64,000 nucleotides of DNA, taken from assembly GCA_963782555.1 (NCBI GenBank), contig CAWAKB010000002.1:28308-92307 (forward strand). The letters run 5' to 3'. Of the stretch, positions 34,465 to 44,593 are shown piece after piece. The notes beneath the pieces are model-generated. The model was not told the origin of the DNA and did no database searches. It was given only the letters and a program-made list of their open reading frames with translations. The position numbers and the translations under genes are program-made. The DNA comes from an uncultured Alphaproteobacteria bacterium (lineage in GTDB: Bacteria > Pseudomonadota > Alphaproteobacteria > Rhizobiales > Hyphomicrobiaceae). Positions within the stretch are counted from its first letter, which is position 1, and the number at the start of each line of letters is the position of its first letter.

Positions 34465-34825
34465 ATGGCGCGGATACTGCTGGCGGATGACGATGCGGCG
34501 ACGCGCGATCTGGTGCGGCGCGCGCTCGAGGCCGAGGGTCACAAGGTCCTCGTCACCCAGGACGGCAACGAGGCGCTCGACCAGTTGAAGGAGGGCGGCG
34601 CAGTTCGACCTCCTCGTCACCGACGTGGAAATGCCGATGCTCGACGGCATCGCGCTTGCTGAGCATTCCTTCCCGCTGCAGCCGGGCATTCGCGTGCTGC
34701 TGATGTCGGGCTTCGCCGATCAGCTCGACCGCGCCAAGGACCTGTCGAGCCCGCACGTCGGCATCATCTCCAAGCCGTTCACGCTGGATCAGGTGCGCGC
34801 GAGCGTGAGGAAGCTGCTGGGGTGA
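34465..34825 (+). CDS. Single-domain response regulator, CpdR-like; frameshift near 34600
   Basis: ILLADDD, TDVEMPMLDG, LMSGF, SKPFTLDQ. Confidence 0.85.
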
Positions 34826-34844
34826 GTGTTCGTAACGCAAAGGT

Positions 34845-35288
34845 GTGCGCGTGAAAATACTGCGTAAGATCGCAATAGCGGCTTGTGCGCTGATAGCTCT
34901 GGGCGTCCTTGGTTGCGTGCCCCAGCTCGACTACCTGTCTGAAATAGACAGGGCATTTGCATTTGCATCCCTAAATGCCGACTACAAGCGAGTCCCTCCT
35001 CCACACATGGGTCCGTACTATGCAGACCTGACACCGGAGCTATTTCGCCTTCAGAAGAAGTACGGAGCTGGCACGCTCGAACAAATGCTTGCAGACCAGC
35101 ATTTTTACCTCAGAGATGATAGTCCACCTTCGATTTGCGGGACGGGCCCTGAGATTCAGTATCATAAAGAACAATTCATTGTGCACCCGTTCCTATATCT
35201 TGGCATCGCACGCAATGATCTCACCATAGCCAAGCGGGTCGGCGAAGACCATTTTTGTGCAGCCTGGACCCAACAGCTCATGATCTAA
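34845..35288 (+). CDS. Hypothetical lipoprotein; lower GC
   Basis: Basic N-terminus, hydrophobic stretch, VLGC lipobox. Confidence 0.65.
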   Translation: MRVKILRKIAIAACALIALGVLGCVPQLDYLSEIDRAFAFASLNADYKRVPPPHMGPYYADLTPELFRLQKKYGAGTLEQMLADQHFYLRDDSPPSICGTGPEIQYHKEQFIVHPFLYLGIARNDLTIAKRVGEDHFCAAWTQQLMI

Positions 35289-35316
35289 TCGGCACAGTCG
35301 ACACTTCAGCGAGTAC

Positions 35317-35407
35317 GTAGGTTGGGTTGAGCGAAGCGAAACCCGACACGTCTTCGGGCGCAGGCGTTGGGTTACGGCCTCGCTGCACTCGGCCTAACCC
35401 AACCTAC
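35317..35407. repeat. REPIN-like inverted REP pair with GTAG/CTAC ends
   Basis: GTAGGTTGGGTTGAGCGAAGCGAAACCCGAC ... GTTGGGTTACGG...CTAACCCAACCTAC. Confidence 0.75.
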
Positions 35408-35432
35408 GGTCTTCCGCTGCATCCTTTCTAGC

Positions 35433-35555
35433 GTCATCCCCGCGCAGGCGGGGACCCAGTCAAGCTTCAGCGAGCGAGACGCATCTGTTCCCGCAACTTC
35501 AACAAGATTGGACTTTGCGGGAGGGCTGGGTCCTCGGGACAAGCCCGAGGATGAC
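35433..35555. repeat. Inverted pair of GTCAT-type palindromic elements
   Basis: GTCATCCCCGCGCAGGCGGGGACCCAG (35433-35459) and CTGGGTCCTCGGGACAAGCCCGAGGATGAC (35526-35555). Confidence 0.75.
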
Positions 35556-35575
35556 AAACAGGGCAAATGGAGGAA

Positions 35576-36601
35576 CTACCCGCCCGTCACGCTCATGTGG
35601 CGCCCCATCGCCGGCTTGCCGGCGCGCCGGTCGATGACGAAGTCGTGGCCCTTGGGCTTGAGGGTCATGGCCCTGACGATCTCAGCGTTAAGGGGGCCAT
35701 CGGACTCGCTGGCGCGCAGCGGCGCGCGCAAATCCACCGCATCCTCCTGCCCCAGGCACATGTAGAGCGTGCCGGTGCAGGTGAGCCGCACGCGGTTGCA
35801 GCTCTCGCAGAAGTTATGCGTGAGCGGCGTGATGAAGCCGAGCCGGCCGCCGGTCTCGGCGACGCGCACGTAGCGCGCCGGGCCGCCCGTGCGATAGGGG
35901 ATCTCTTCAAGCGTCCAGCGGCTCATGAGCCGCGCGCGCACGATCGATAGCGGCAGGTACTGGTCCGTGCGGTCGCCGTCGACCTCGCCCATGGGCATGG
36001 TCTCGATCAGCGTCAGGTCGTGTCCGCGCCCGTGCGCGAAGGCGATCAGGTCGTCGATCTCGTCCTCGTTGGTGCCCTTCAAGGCCACCGTGTTGATCTT
36101 GACCTTGAGGCCAACCGCCTCCGCCGCCTCGAGGCCCGACAGGACCGTCGCAAAATCGCCCCAGCGAGTGATCGCTCGAAAGCGGTCGGGGCGCAGGGTA
36201 TCAAGCGAGATGTTGATGCGGGCGACGCCTGCATCTTTGAGGGCGCGTGCGAAGCGCTCAAGCTGGCTGCCGTTGGTGGTGAGCGTCAACTCGTCGAGAC
36301 CGCCACTTTCGAGATGGCGCGCGAGCCGTTCGATGAGCCACATGATGTTCTTGCGCACGAGCGGCTCTCCGCCGGTGATGCGCAGCTTCCTGACACCCTG
36401 GGCGACGAAGGCGGAGCAGAGCCGGTCGAGCTCCTCCAGCGTCAGCAGATCGCGCCGCGGCAGGAACGTCATGTGCTCGGACATGCAGTAGACACACCGG
36501 AAGTCGCAGCGATCGGTGACGGACACTCTAAGGTAGGTGATAGCACGGCCATACCCGTCGACCAGGGCCGGTTGTGCCGGTGCGTTTGCTCTATCACCCA
36601 T
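35576..36601 (-). CDS. moaA: GTP 3',8-cyclase
   Basis: [39 protein letters not shown]. Confidence 0.96.
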   Translation of the reverse strand: MGDRANAPAQPALVDGYGRAITYLRVSVTDRCDFRCVYCMSEHMTFLPRRDLLTLEELDRLCSAFVAQGVRKLRITGGEPLVRKNIMWLIERLARHLESGGLDELTLTTNGSQLERFARALKDAGVARINISLDTLRPDRFRAITRWGDFATVLSGLEAAEAVGLKVKINTVALKGTNEDEIDDLIAFAHGRGHDLTLIETMPMGEVDGDRTDQYLPLSIVRARLMSRWTLEEIPYRTGGPARYVRVAETGGRLGFITPLTHNFCESCNRVRLTCTGTLYMCLGQEDAVDLRAPLRASESDGPLNAEIVRAMTLKPKGHDFVIDRRAGKPAMGRHMSVTGG

Positions 36602-36740
36602 CGAGGCTCATCCTGGTGAAGGTCGACATCCGTGTAGAATTCGCGCTTCGCCGCCGCCGCGGGATCGGCGCGCGTCAGTGGCCAAGCTAGCGACCGCTGT
36701 GCAGGGTTCAAGGGCTTTGTCGGCCGGTGCGCCATGATGG

Positions 36741-37037
36741 GTGCCGGCAGCCGAGGTATGCAAGAAAATGCGTGTGCTTGTAAGCCTACTTGCGTGGTTT
36801 TTGGGGCAGACCGTCGGTCCCAACAGGGCGGGGCGCCTGGTTCCGGTGCCGGACGATAGGCTGGAGCAGGGTTTCGCCCGCACCCTTATCGCCCACTGGG
36901 CGCTGTGGGCTGCAGTTGCGCTGATCGTTCTGGCGCTCGCCGCCGGATACCTGCGCCGGCGCTGGAGGGGCGGTACCAAACCGGGTTCGGCGCACTCTTC
37001 CTGGCCCGGCTGGGGTCGCGATCCCGGACGCAAGTGA
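36741..37037 (+). CDS. Possible small membrane protein
   Basis: TM-like WALWAAVALIVLALAAGYL followed by RRR; no family recognised. Confidence 0.3.
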   Translation: MPAAEVCKKMRVLVSLLAWFLGQTVGPNRAGRLVPVPDDRLEQGFARTLIAHWALWAAVALIVLALAAGYLRRRWRGGTKPGSAHSSWPGWGRDPGRK

Positions 37038-37056
37038 GCCGAGAGCTGGGCTGGGG

Positions 37057-37704
37057 CTATCGGCGCGCCAGTAGCGCTTCCGCCTGCTCGAGGTCGGCGG
37101 GGGTGTTCACATTGAAAAAGGGATCGACTGCAACGCCGCCGATCTCGATCGCGGGAAAATCGACGACGGCGCTTTTCTGCATCTCGGCGAAACGGGTCAT
37201 GGCGCGCACGCCCGAGCGCAGCGCGTCCTCGACCTCGCCGACGAGCGCCACGTCCCAAAGCCCAGCGACCGGATGGCGTGTGCTGCCGGAGGCGGCGATC
37301 GCCGCTCCCACGTTGGTCTGGCGCAGCGCCACCGTGAGACGTGCAACCATGTTCTCGGGGAGGAAGGGCGTATCGACGGGCACCGTGGCGACGAAGGCTG
37401 CCTCCGGCGTCTCGCTGAGTGCCCATTCGAGCGCGGCATGCAACCCGGCGAGCGGGCCGGCATGACCCTCGACCGTGTCGGGGACCACGGGCAGGCAGGT
37501 GCCGGAGAAGCGCGCTGGCTCGTCGTTGGCGATGATGACGATACGGTGCACCTGCGGGCGCAGGCGCGCGATGACGTGGCCGATCATGGGTTTGCCGGCG
37601 AGCTCAATAAGCCCCTTGTCGCGGCCCATGCGTAAAGATCGCCCCCCAGCTAGCAGTGCGCCCGTGACCTCGTCTGTCGCTTCGTCCGGCACAGCGACCC
37701 TCAC
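37057..37704 (-). CDS. mobA: Molybdenum cofactor guanylyltransferase
   Basis: LAGGRSLRMG-DKG, GPLAGL, VPVDTPFL, FFNVNTPADL. Confidence 0.93.
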   Translation of the reverse strand: MRVAVPDEATDEVTGALLAGGRSLRMGRDKGLIELAGKPMIGHVIARLRPQVHRIVIIANDEPARFSGTCLPVVPDTVEGHAGPLAGLHAALEWALSETPEAAFVATVPVDTPFLPENMVARLTVALRQTNVGAAIAASGSTRHPVAGLWDVALVGEVEDALRSGVRAMTRFAEMQKSAVVDFPAIEIGGVAVDPFFNVNTPADLEQAEALLARR

Positions 37705-37849
37705 TCAAGCATCTCTCGTCATCGCAGAGGGTTTAGGATGCCGAGGTCATAGCGGCAAGCCCGTGGGGCCCGGGCAATTGTGGGCGGGCCGACCGGCGCC
37801 TATAAGGATGAAAACGGGCGCCTGCGAAGCGGCCCTTTAGGGAGGAAGG

Positions 37850-38962
37850 ATGCCGGGGGCGGAGAAGGTCAATCGTCGAAAGTTCCTGAAAGCGGCCGGG
37901 GCCGGGGCCGCGGGTGCTACCGTCGCCGCACCCGCTCTCGCTCAAACCATGCCGACGCTCGAGTGGCGCATGGTGTCGAGCTTCCCCAAGTCGCTCGACA
38001 CGATCTTCGGTGCCGCCGAGGTGTTCGCCAAGTCGCTCGCCGAGACCACCGACAACCGCTTTAAGGTCAGCGTTTTTGCGCCGACCGAGATCGTGCCCGG
38101 GCTGTCGGCCGCCGATGCGGTGGCCAACGGCTCGGTCGAGGCGTGCCATACGGCCTCCTACTACTACTGGGGCAAGGATCCGACCTTCGCCTTCGGCACT
38201 GCGGTGCCCTTCGGGCTCAACTGCCGCATGCAGAACGCCTGGATGTACGAGGGCGGCGGCATCGACCTGATGAACGCGTTCTACAAGCGTTTCAACCTCT
38301 TCGGGCTGCCCGGTGGCAACACGGGCGCGCAGATGGGCGGCTGGTACCGTAAGGAGATCAACACGCCCGAGGACATGCGGGGCTTGAAGATTCGCATTGG
38401 GGGCTTAGCCGGCGCGGTGATGTCGCGCATCGGCGCGGTCCCCCAGCAGATCGCCGGCAGCGACATCTACCCGGCGCTGGAGAAGGGCACCATCGACGCA
38501 GCCGAGTGGGTCGGACCTTATGACGACGAGAAGCTCGGCTTCTCCAAGGTGGCGCGATACTACTATTACCCCGGCTGGTGGGAGGGCCAGGCGATGCTCA
38601 ACTTCTTCTTCAATCTGGAGAAGTGGAACGCGCTGCCGAAATCCTACCAGGCGGCGATCAAGTCGGCCTCCGCACTCGCCAACACGACGATGATGGCGCG
38701 CTATGACATGGAAAACCCGCCGGCCTTGAAGCGGCTTGCCATCGGCGGCGCCGAGCCGCGCCCGTTCACGGAGGCCGTGCTCGATGCCTGCTTCAAGGCG
38801 GCGAACGAGGTCTACGCGGAGATTTGCGCGAACAATGCCACCTTCAAGAAGGTGTACGAGGCGATGACGGAAATCCGCGGCGCCGACTACCTTTGGTTCC
38901 AGCTCGCCGAGCAGACGTACGACACGTACATGATGATTCAGCAACGCAAGGGACTGGTGTAA
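37850..38962 (+). CDS. dctP: TRAP transporter substrate-binding protein (keto-acid/TakP-like), Tat signal
   Basis: NRRKFLK, WRMVSSFP, GNTGAQMGGW, AAEWVGPYDD, YPGWWE. Confidence 0.9.
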   Translation: MPGAEKVNRRKFLKAAGAGAAGATVAAPALAQTMPTLEWRMVSSFPKSLDTIFGAAEVFAKSLAETTDNRFKVSVFAPTEIVPGLSAADAVANGSVEACHTASYYYWGKDPTFAFGTAVPFGLNCRMQNAWMYEGGGIDLMNAFYKRFNLFGLPGGNTGAQMGGWYRKEINTPEDMRGLKIRIGGLAGAVMSRIGAVPQQIAGSDIYPALEKGTIDAAEWVGPYDDEKLGFSKVARYYYYPGWWEGQAMLNFFFNLEKWNALPKSYQAAIKSASALANTTMMARYDMENPPALKRLAIGGAEPRPFTEAVLDACFKAANEVYAEICANNATFKKVYEAMTEIRGADYLWFQLAEQTYDTYMMIQQRKGLV

Positions 38963-39134
38963 GGGCCGCTTGCTGAAGCAGAAACGCATTGGGCAATTTG
39001 GCAACACGTGCTGTGGAATTCCATTCACTGACATAAAAGCTGTCGACAATTATCTGCGACAATCTTTCGCCACGTTCGATCAGTGGTAAGACCAACGCTT
39101 CATTCGGACATTGGGGTTCGAGGGAGCGGGGCTT

Positions 39135-39743
39135 ATGAAAAATACTTATCTCACGGGTTTGCTCGCAATTGCCGGGGTGATGTCGGTTGCGGTCTCCGAG
39201 CCCGCGAAGGCCATCACTTATACTCTTGACCTAAATGATACCGTGTCCTTCCCAACGACTTCCGACGGATATCAGGCACCGGATTTCTTTAGCGGGACTA
39301 TCGACAACGCAACTGGCTCCTCGCCAGGCTTTTACCGCACGCCGTGGGAAGGCGAGGGCGCACTCTATGAAGGTCTGACATATACGTCGGTTCGAGACGG
39401 CTACGCCGGTTACAATTTGACCGGGACGGTGCTGAGCCTGTTTTGGGGGTCGCTGGATACCTACAATAGTCTCACATTTTTTACCGGAGCGGACGGCAGT
39501 GGAGACGCGGTGAGCGTGCTGATAAGTGAGCTCGGGGATCCTCTGAGCACAGGGCATCACTTGGTTCGGTTTCTCACCGATGTGACATTCAACTCGGTGG
39601 AGCTAGGGTCAGATACGGCTGCATTCGAGTTTGCAAACTTGACGGCCACAACTCCGCTCCCGCCTGCGCTGCTCCTCTTCCTCACCGGCCTCGGCTCGTT
39701 GGGCCTATTGGGTCGTCGGAAGAGAAGGCAGGCTACGGCCTGA
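39135..39743 (+). CDS. VPLPA-CTERM (PEP-CTERM-like) sorting domain surface protein
   Basis: Signal peptide ending AKA; C-terminal TPLPPALLLFLTGLGSLGLLGRRKRR. Confidence 0.85.
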   Translation: MKNTYLTGLLAIAGVMSVAVSEPAKAITYTLDLNDTVSFPTTSDGYQAPDFFSGTIDNATGSSPGFYRTPWEGEGALYEGLTYTSVRDGYAGYNLTGTVLSLFWGSLDTYNSLTFFTGADGSGDAVSVLISELGDPLSTGHHLVRFLTDVTFNSVELGSDTAAFEFANLTATTPLPPALLLFLTGLGSLGLLGRRKRRQATA

Positions 39744-39878
39744 TCGGCAAGCGGCAAGCTGATCCCGAGAGGGCAGTTTCGGCATAGCGCTCCTTAGCGG
39801 ATGCCCTTTTGATGGGGCCCGCTAAGGGGCGTAGAGCGTTTGTTTGGTTCGGGTGTGCCGGCGCTGCGCGTTGGCGTT

Positions 39879-41828
39879 TCACGCAGATACCTTCTGGTCC
39901 CCTTCCAACACTGCGTGCGCCTCTTCGGCGCGCTCGAAGACATGCGGTGCCACCCCGCGTTTGCGCAACGCCTCCTGCATCTTCAAGCGCATGAAGACGC
40001 TCGTGGTGTAGCGCGTCGTCGTCGCGTAGTGATGCTTCAACATGTACTCGATCATGCCGGCGTACTCGTCGTAGAGATCCTCGGCGATGCGGCAGCCGTC
40101 GTGATTGACGACCGCGTTGACGCGTCTTCCGGCCGCTTCGCACGCCTCGATTAGAACCTTGCGCAAATCGTCGATGTCGGTCTTCTTGCGTACGCTCCAG
40201 CCTTCCAGGTTGAGGAACAGAATATTGCGCTGGGCATCGTAGCTGACGCGCTCTGAAAGCGTGAGATTGAGAAGATCCGACAACAGGTCCATCGGCTCGT
40301 CGACAAAAATGCGCGGGTTCATCGCGATCGGCTTGTTTATGATCGGTTCGAAATCCATTTGCGCGAGCACGTCCCGCTCGACGTCGATGCCGGGTGCGAC
40401 CTCGATCAGCTCCAAACCGCCCGGTGTCAGCTGGAACACGCAGCGCTCAGTGACGTAGATCACGGGCTGCGATCGCTCGGCGGCAAACGTGCCGCTGAAC
40501 GTAATCTGCTCCACGTTTCGGATGAACTTGCGGACCTTACCTTCCTTGAGGATTTTGAGCTTGCCGTCCTCGATCGCGATGTCGAGCCCGCCAGCGGTGA
40601 ACGTGCCGGCGAACACCACCGCGCGCGCGTTCTGCGAGATGTCGATGAAGCCGCCACATCCATTTAGGCGTCCGCCGAATTTGCTGGTGTTGACGTTGCC
40701 CTGCGCGTCGCATTCCGCCATGCCCAGACAGGTGAGGTCGAGCCCCCCGCCATGGTAGAAATCAAACATCTGGTTTTGATCCATGATCGAATGGGCATTG
40801 GCAGAGGCCCCGAAGCTGGACCCACCCGCCAGGACGCCGCCGACGGCGCCCGCTTCCGTCGTCATGACGATGTAGTCGGTGACCTTCTCCTCGTTGGCGA
40901 CTGCGGCCACACCGTCGGGTGCTCCGACGCCTAGGTTGATCACGCCGTTGGGCGGGAGCTCGAATGCGGCGCGCCGGGCGATGATCTTGCGCTCGTCGAG
41001 CTTCATCTTCGGCATGCCTTCGACGGGGACCCGTACCTCGCCGGCGAGTGCGGGATCGTAGAGCACGCCGTAGTTCATGCGATGCATCTCGGGGGGATCA
41101 GCGACCACCACGCAGTCGACCAGGATGCCCGGCACCTTAACGTCCTTGGGCTTGAGCGAGCCCTGCGCGACGATGCGCTCGACCTGGGCAATGACGATGC
41201 CGCCGTTGTTGTGGGCAGCCATCGCCTGCGCCAGCACGTCGAGCGTGAGCGCCTCTTTCTCCATGCTGAGGTTTCCGGACGCGTCGGCGCTGGTCGCGCG
41301 GATCAGCGCCACATCGATGGGTGTCGCTTTGTAGAACAGCCACTCGCGCCCTTCGACCTCGACGAGCTTGACGAGATCCTCGGTCGTCGCCGCGTTGACC
41401 TTGCCGCCGCCTAAGCGCGGATCGACGTAGGTGTGCAGGCCGACCTTGGAGAAGAGGCCCGGCTGGCCCGAGGCGCACGTCCTGTAGAGCTTGGAGATGA
41501 TTCCTTGCGGCAGGTTGTATCCCTGAATTCTGCTTTCTTGGGCGGACTGCGCAACCTTGGGCATACGGCCGAAGTTGGCGGCTATGACGCGCCGCAAGAG
41601 ACCTTCGTGATGCAGGCGTCCGGTGCCCAGGCCCTTGCTGTCGCCGGCGCCGGCACACATGATGAGTGTGAGACCCTTGGGGGCGCCGGTCTCGACAAAG
41701 CGCGTCTCGAGGGCCGCATGCAGCGCCTCGGGAATGCAGCTTTGGACAAAGCCCGTTGTCGCCACGACGTCGTTCTCACGGATGAGGGCAACGGCTTCGC
41801 CCGCCGTGATCACCTTGTTGTTCAGCAT
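39879..41828 (-). CDS. Acyl-CoA:acetate/3-ketoacid (propionate) CoA-transferase with extra C-terminal domain
   Basis: DVALIRAT, NLGVGAP, TTEAGAVGG, FYHGGGLD, GGFIDISQNA, YVTERCVF. Confidence 0.9.
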   Translation of the reverse strand: MLNNKVITAGEAVALIRENDVVATTGFVQSCIPEALHAALETRFVETGAPKGLTLIMCAGAGDSKGLGTGRLHHEGLLRRVIAANFGRMPKVAQSAQESRIQGYNLPQGIISKLYRTCASGQPGLFSKVGLHTYVDPRLGGGKVNAATTEDLVKLVEVEGREWLFYKATPIDVALIRATSADASGNLSMEKEALTLDVLAQAMAAHNNGGIVIAQVERIVAQGSLKPKDVKVPGILVDCVVVADPPEMHRMNYGVLYDPALAGEVRVPVEGMPKMKLDERKIIARRAAFELPPNGVINLGVGAPDGVAAVANEEKVTDYIVMTTEAGAVGGVLAGGSSFGASANAHSIMDQNQMFDFYHGGGLDLTCLGMAECDAQGNVNTSKFGGRLNGCGGFIDISQNARAVVFAGTFTAGGLDIAIEDGKLKILKEGKVRKFIRNVEQITFSGTFAAERSQPVIYVTERCVFQLTPGGLELIEVAPGIDVERDVLAQMDFEPIINKPIAMNPRIFVDEPMDLLSDLLNLTLSERVSYDAQRNILFLNLEGWSVRKKTDIDDLRKVLIEACEAAGRRVNAVVNHDGCRIAEDLYDEYAGMIEYMLKHHYATTTRYTTSVFMRLKMQEALRKRGVAPHVFERAEEAHAVLEGDQKVSA

Positions 41829-42110
41829 CTCGCGTTTCCTCTGATCCTCCACTGTTTGACCCCGGTGCGAGAAGGGTCCCGTGGAGGTTTATCGGTCGAA
41901 TGCTCTTCTTGAGAAGAGGAGGGTATGAAGCACGTCGCGGCCAGCTTCGCCACCGATCGCTGCTCAATCAGCCCCCTTCGAGCCGATGTTGCCACCTGAG
42001 CCTCAGGTCTGCGATAGGGCGCGAGCGCGCAGTCCGGCACCGGACCGCCCGAAAACAGGGGGAATGATTGGGATGCCGGCTCCGCGCCGATCGGGGCAGC
42101 GCGACCCGGA

Positions 42111-43301
42111 TCAGGCAGCTTGCGCGGCGGGCGCGGGCGCCGGGGCGACACGGCGGCGCTCGATCTTGAAGCGCTCGGGCCGCTCATAGAGGAAGCGGGC
42201 CCACGTGTTGCGTACGAGCGCATGCAGGGTCAGCGGCACCGCGACCGCTACGGCGGTGACAATGAGCGAGACCACGTCCACATCGTCGATGAGCCCCGTC
42301 TTCAACAGGACGATGCGTGTCGCCGCCATCGGCAGCACGAACGAAACATAGAGCACGATGGAGTTGCGTCCGGCGTAGCGTACGAAGCGCGCAGCGTCCA
42401 GCCGCGACAGCAGCGAGGCGGCCGTCACCACCGCGATGGCGCCGATGAGACCGAAGGCGATGCGCAGTATAGGAACCTGCGCGAACGTTTCGATCCCGGG
42501 CAGGCCCGACGGCTCGAAGGCGATAACGCTGTTGAACACGAACCAAGCCGACAAGCCGATCATGGCAAGGCCCGCATTCTCGCGCGCCCAGGCTGCGAGC
42601 TGGAACACCTTGGGTGCGAGCATGTAGCCCGTCAGGAAGAACACGAAGTAGTGCGCGCCGTAGTCGTCGATGGCTTCCCAGCCGGTGTGCATAGGAAATG
42701 TCTGCATGGCCGCGGCTGCGAGCCACAGGGCCCAATTGGGCAGGCCGAGCGCGCGTGCGAGCTTGGTCACCACGAAGAACAGCGGCAGGACGTAGATGAA
42801 CCACAGGTTCGGGTTGGGGCCGATGAAGGCGTAAGCGAACTCGGCGAGCCAGGCCTGCGGGTCGGACACCAGCAGTGGCGCCTGCTTGACCGTCATCAGG
42901 ATGACGAGCCAGAGCACGTAGAAATAGCCGAAATGCACCACCTTGCGGTCGAGGTAGGTGCGCCAGTCGCGGTCGATGACGCGGAAGAGAAAGAGGCCCG
43001 ACAGGAGATAGAAGTCAGGCATGCGGAAGGGCTTGGCGAAGGCGACGACCCAATGCATGAAGCCGTCCTGGCCCATGGCGTTGCCCACGCCCAGCGTCGA
43101 ATGCATCATGACGACGAGGATGATGCAGATGCCCTTGGCGTAGTCGAACCAGACGACGCGATCGTTTGCGCCGGCCATCCAGGGTGCCACAGGTGCGGCC
43201 GGCACAGGCGCGGCGCTCGAGTCGGCGCGCAGGTGTGCGCGCAAGGAGCCCCACGTCTCATGCCGGGACAGGCGCTCTTTGGGCGTCGCACTCTGGGACA
43301 T
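42111..43301 (-). CDS. Acyltransferase family 3 membrane protein
   Basis: [35 protein letters not shown]. Confidence 0.88.
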   Translation of the reverse strand: MSQSATPKERLSRHETWGSLRAHLRADSSAAPVPAAPVAPWMAGANDRVVWFDYAKGICIILVVMMHSTLGVGNAMGQDGFMHWVVAFAKPFRMPDFYLLSGLFLFRVIDRDWRTYLDRKVVHFGYFYVLWLVILMTVKQAPLLVSDPQAWLAEFAYAFIGPNPNLWFIYVLPLFFVVTKLARALGLPNWALWLAAAAMQTFPMHTGWEAIDDYGAHYFVFFLTGYMLAPKVFQLAAWARENAGLAMIGLSAWFVFNSVIAFEPSGLPGIETFAQVPILRIAFGLIGAIAVVTAASLLSRLDAARFVRYAGRNSIVLYVSFVLPMAATRIVLLKTGLIDDVDVVSLIVTAVAVAVPLTLHALVRNTWARFLYERPERFKIERRRVAPAPAPAAQAA

Positions 43302-43480
43302 CGAAGACCTCTTGGGCGGGGAATGGACCGCGTATGAAGGTCAATCCCGCAAGAGTGAGGCCAAGACTGAGGACGATGGGGCGCAAGAGGATGCCGGGAA
43401 AATCGCGTGCGGACGGTTTGCGGGCCTGCAGCGGATGGGGTATCAAGTGCGGCCTGGGGAGTCTTGTGGCGACCCGTTAA

Positions 43481-43557
<77 letters not shown>

Positions 43558-43839
43558 GCGGGCCTTTCGGGCCGCTGCGTATCCGATTTCAAATCGCGGG
43601 TTGGGCGAAACAAAGAGGACCTCAGCATCCGCTCCAACCAGAAGCGGTCGCTTGAGCCCGCGCGCTGCCTAATGAGCGTGCGTTATCTCGATCACGCTAT
43701 CGCAGATACTATTCGCTCAAATATTTCAATCCAATGTTCAGTCCCGTCCGCTAGCCTTCATGCTGGTCTGGGCTTCCTTGAGAGCTTCCGACAATCCGGC
43801 TAACGCGTATTGAGGTTCAACAAGGGGCCCCCAAAAGAC

Positions 43840-44520
43840 ATGCCATTCATCGAGGCGAAGCCGTTCCCGTTTCAGTTCGATTTCGATCACGCCGCTCTCA
43901 TCTGCATCGATATGCAGCGGGATTTCTGCCTGCCGGGCGGCTTTGCCGAATCCCTGGGCGACCACATCGAGAACGTTCAGCCCTGCATTCCGGTCATCGC
44001 CAAGCTGCAAGCCGCCTTTCGCAGGTGCAGGCTGCCGATCATCCACACGAAGGAATGTCACAAGCCGGATCTCTCCGACCTTCCCGCTGCCAAGCTCAAC
44101 CGCGGCAACCCGAAGCGAAAGATCGGTGAGCCTGGACCGATGGGCCGGATACTCATCGATGGTGAACCAGGGACGGACTTCATCCCCGAGAACGAGCCTT
44201 GGCTATACGAGCACGTCATCAGCAAACCGGGCAAGGACGCGTTCTACGCCACCGACCTCGACGAGTATCTGATGCGGCGGAAGATCAGCGGATTGGTGAT
44301 CACGGGCGTGACGACCGAGGTCTGCGTGCAGACGACCATGCGTTGTGCCAACGACCGCGGCTACGACTGCCTCCTGGTCGAGGACGGCACCGACAGCTAT
44401 TTCCCCGAGTTCAAGGAGGTCACGCTGAGATCATTGGTAGCGCAGGGCGCCATCGTCGGCTGGACGTGCAAGTCCGACGCCGTCCTCAGCGTGTTGGCCA
44501 AGGAGCGTGGACAGGTGTGA
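43840..44520 (+). CDS. trtA: Isochorismatase-like cysteine hydrolase, triuret hydrolase (TrtA)-like
   Basis: IDMQRDF, GGFAESLG, RGNP, IGEPGPMGRIL, KPGK, TTEVCVQT, DSYFP, QGAIVGW. Confidence 0.7.
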   Translation: MPFIEAKPFPFQFDFDHAALICIDMQRDFCLPGGFAESLGDHIENVQPCIPVIAKLQAAFRRCRLPIIHTKECHKPDLSDLPAAKLNRGNPKRKIGEPGPMGRILIDGEPGTDFIPENEPWLYEHVISKPGKDAFYATDLDEYLMRRKISGLVITGVTTEVCVQTTMRCANDRGYDCLLVEDGTDSYFPEFKEVTLRSLVAQGAIVGWTCKSDAVLSVLAKERGQV

Positions 44521-44593
44521 CGCGCGCCTCACTTCTTGAGGTGGTGATTACCGCCTTGTCGGCCGCGGCGGGCGGATGGCATGGAGCCTGTAG

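Noticed and set aside
43840-44520. Biuret hydrolase BiuH or generic isochorismatase
   Set aside because: Discriminating positions read F, L, E, Y, I (TrtA type) rather than the BiuH-type Y, M, D, T, V
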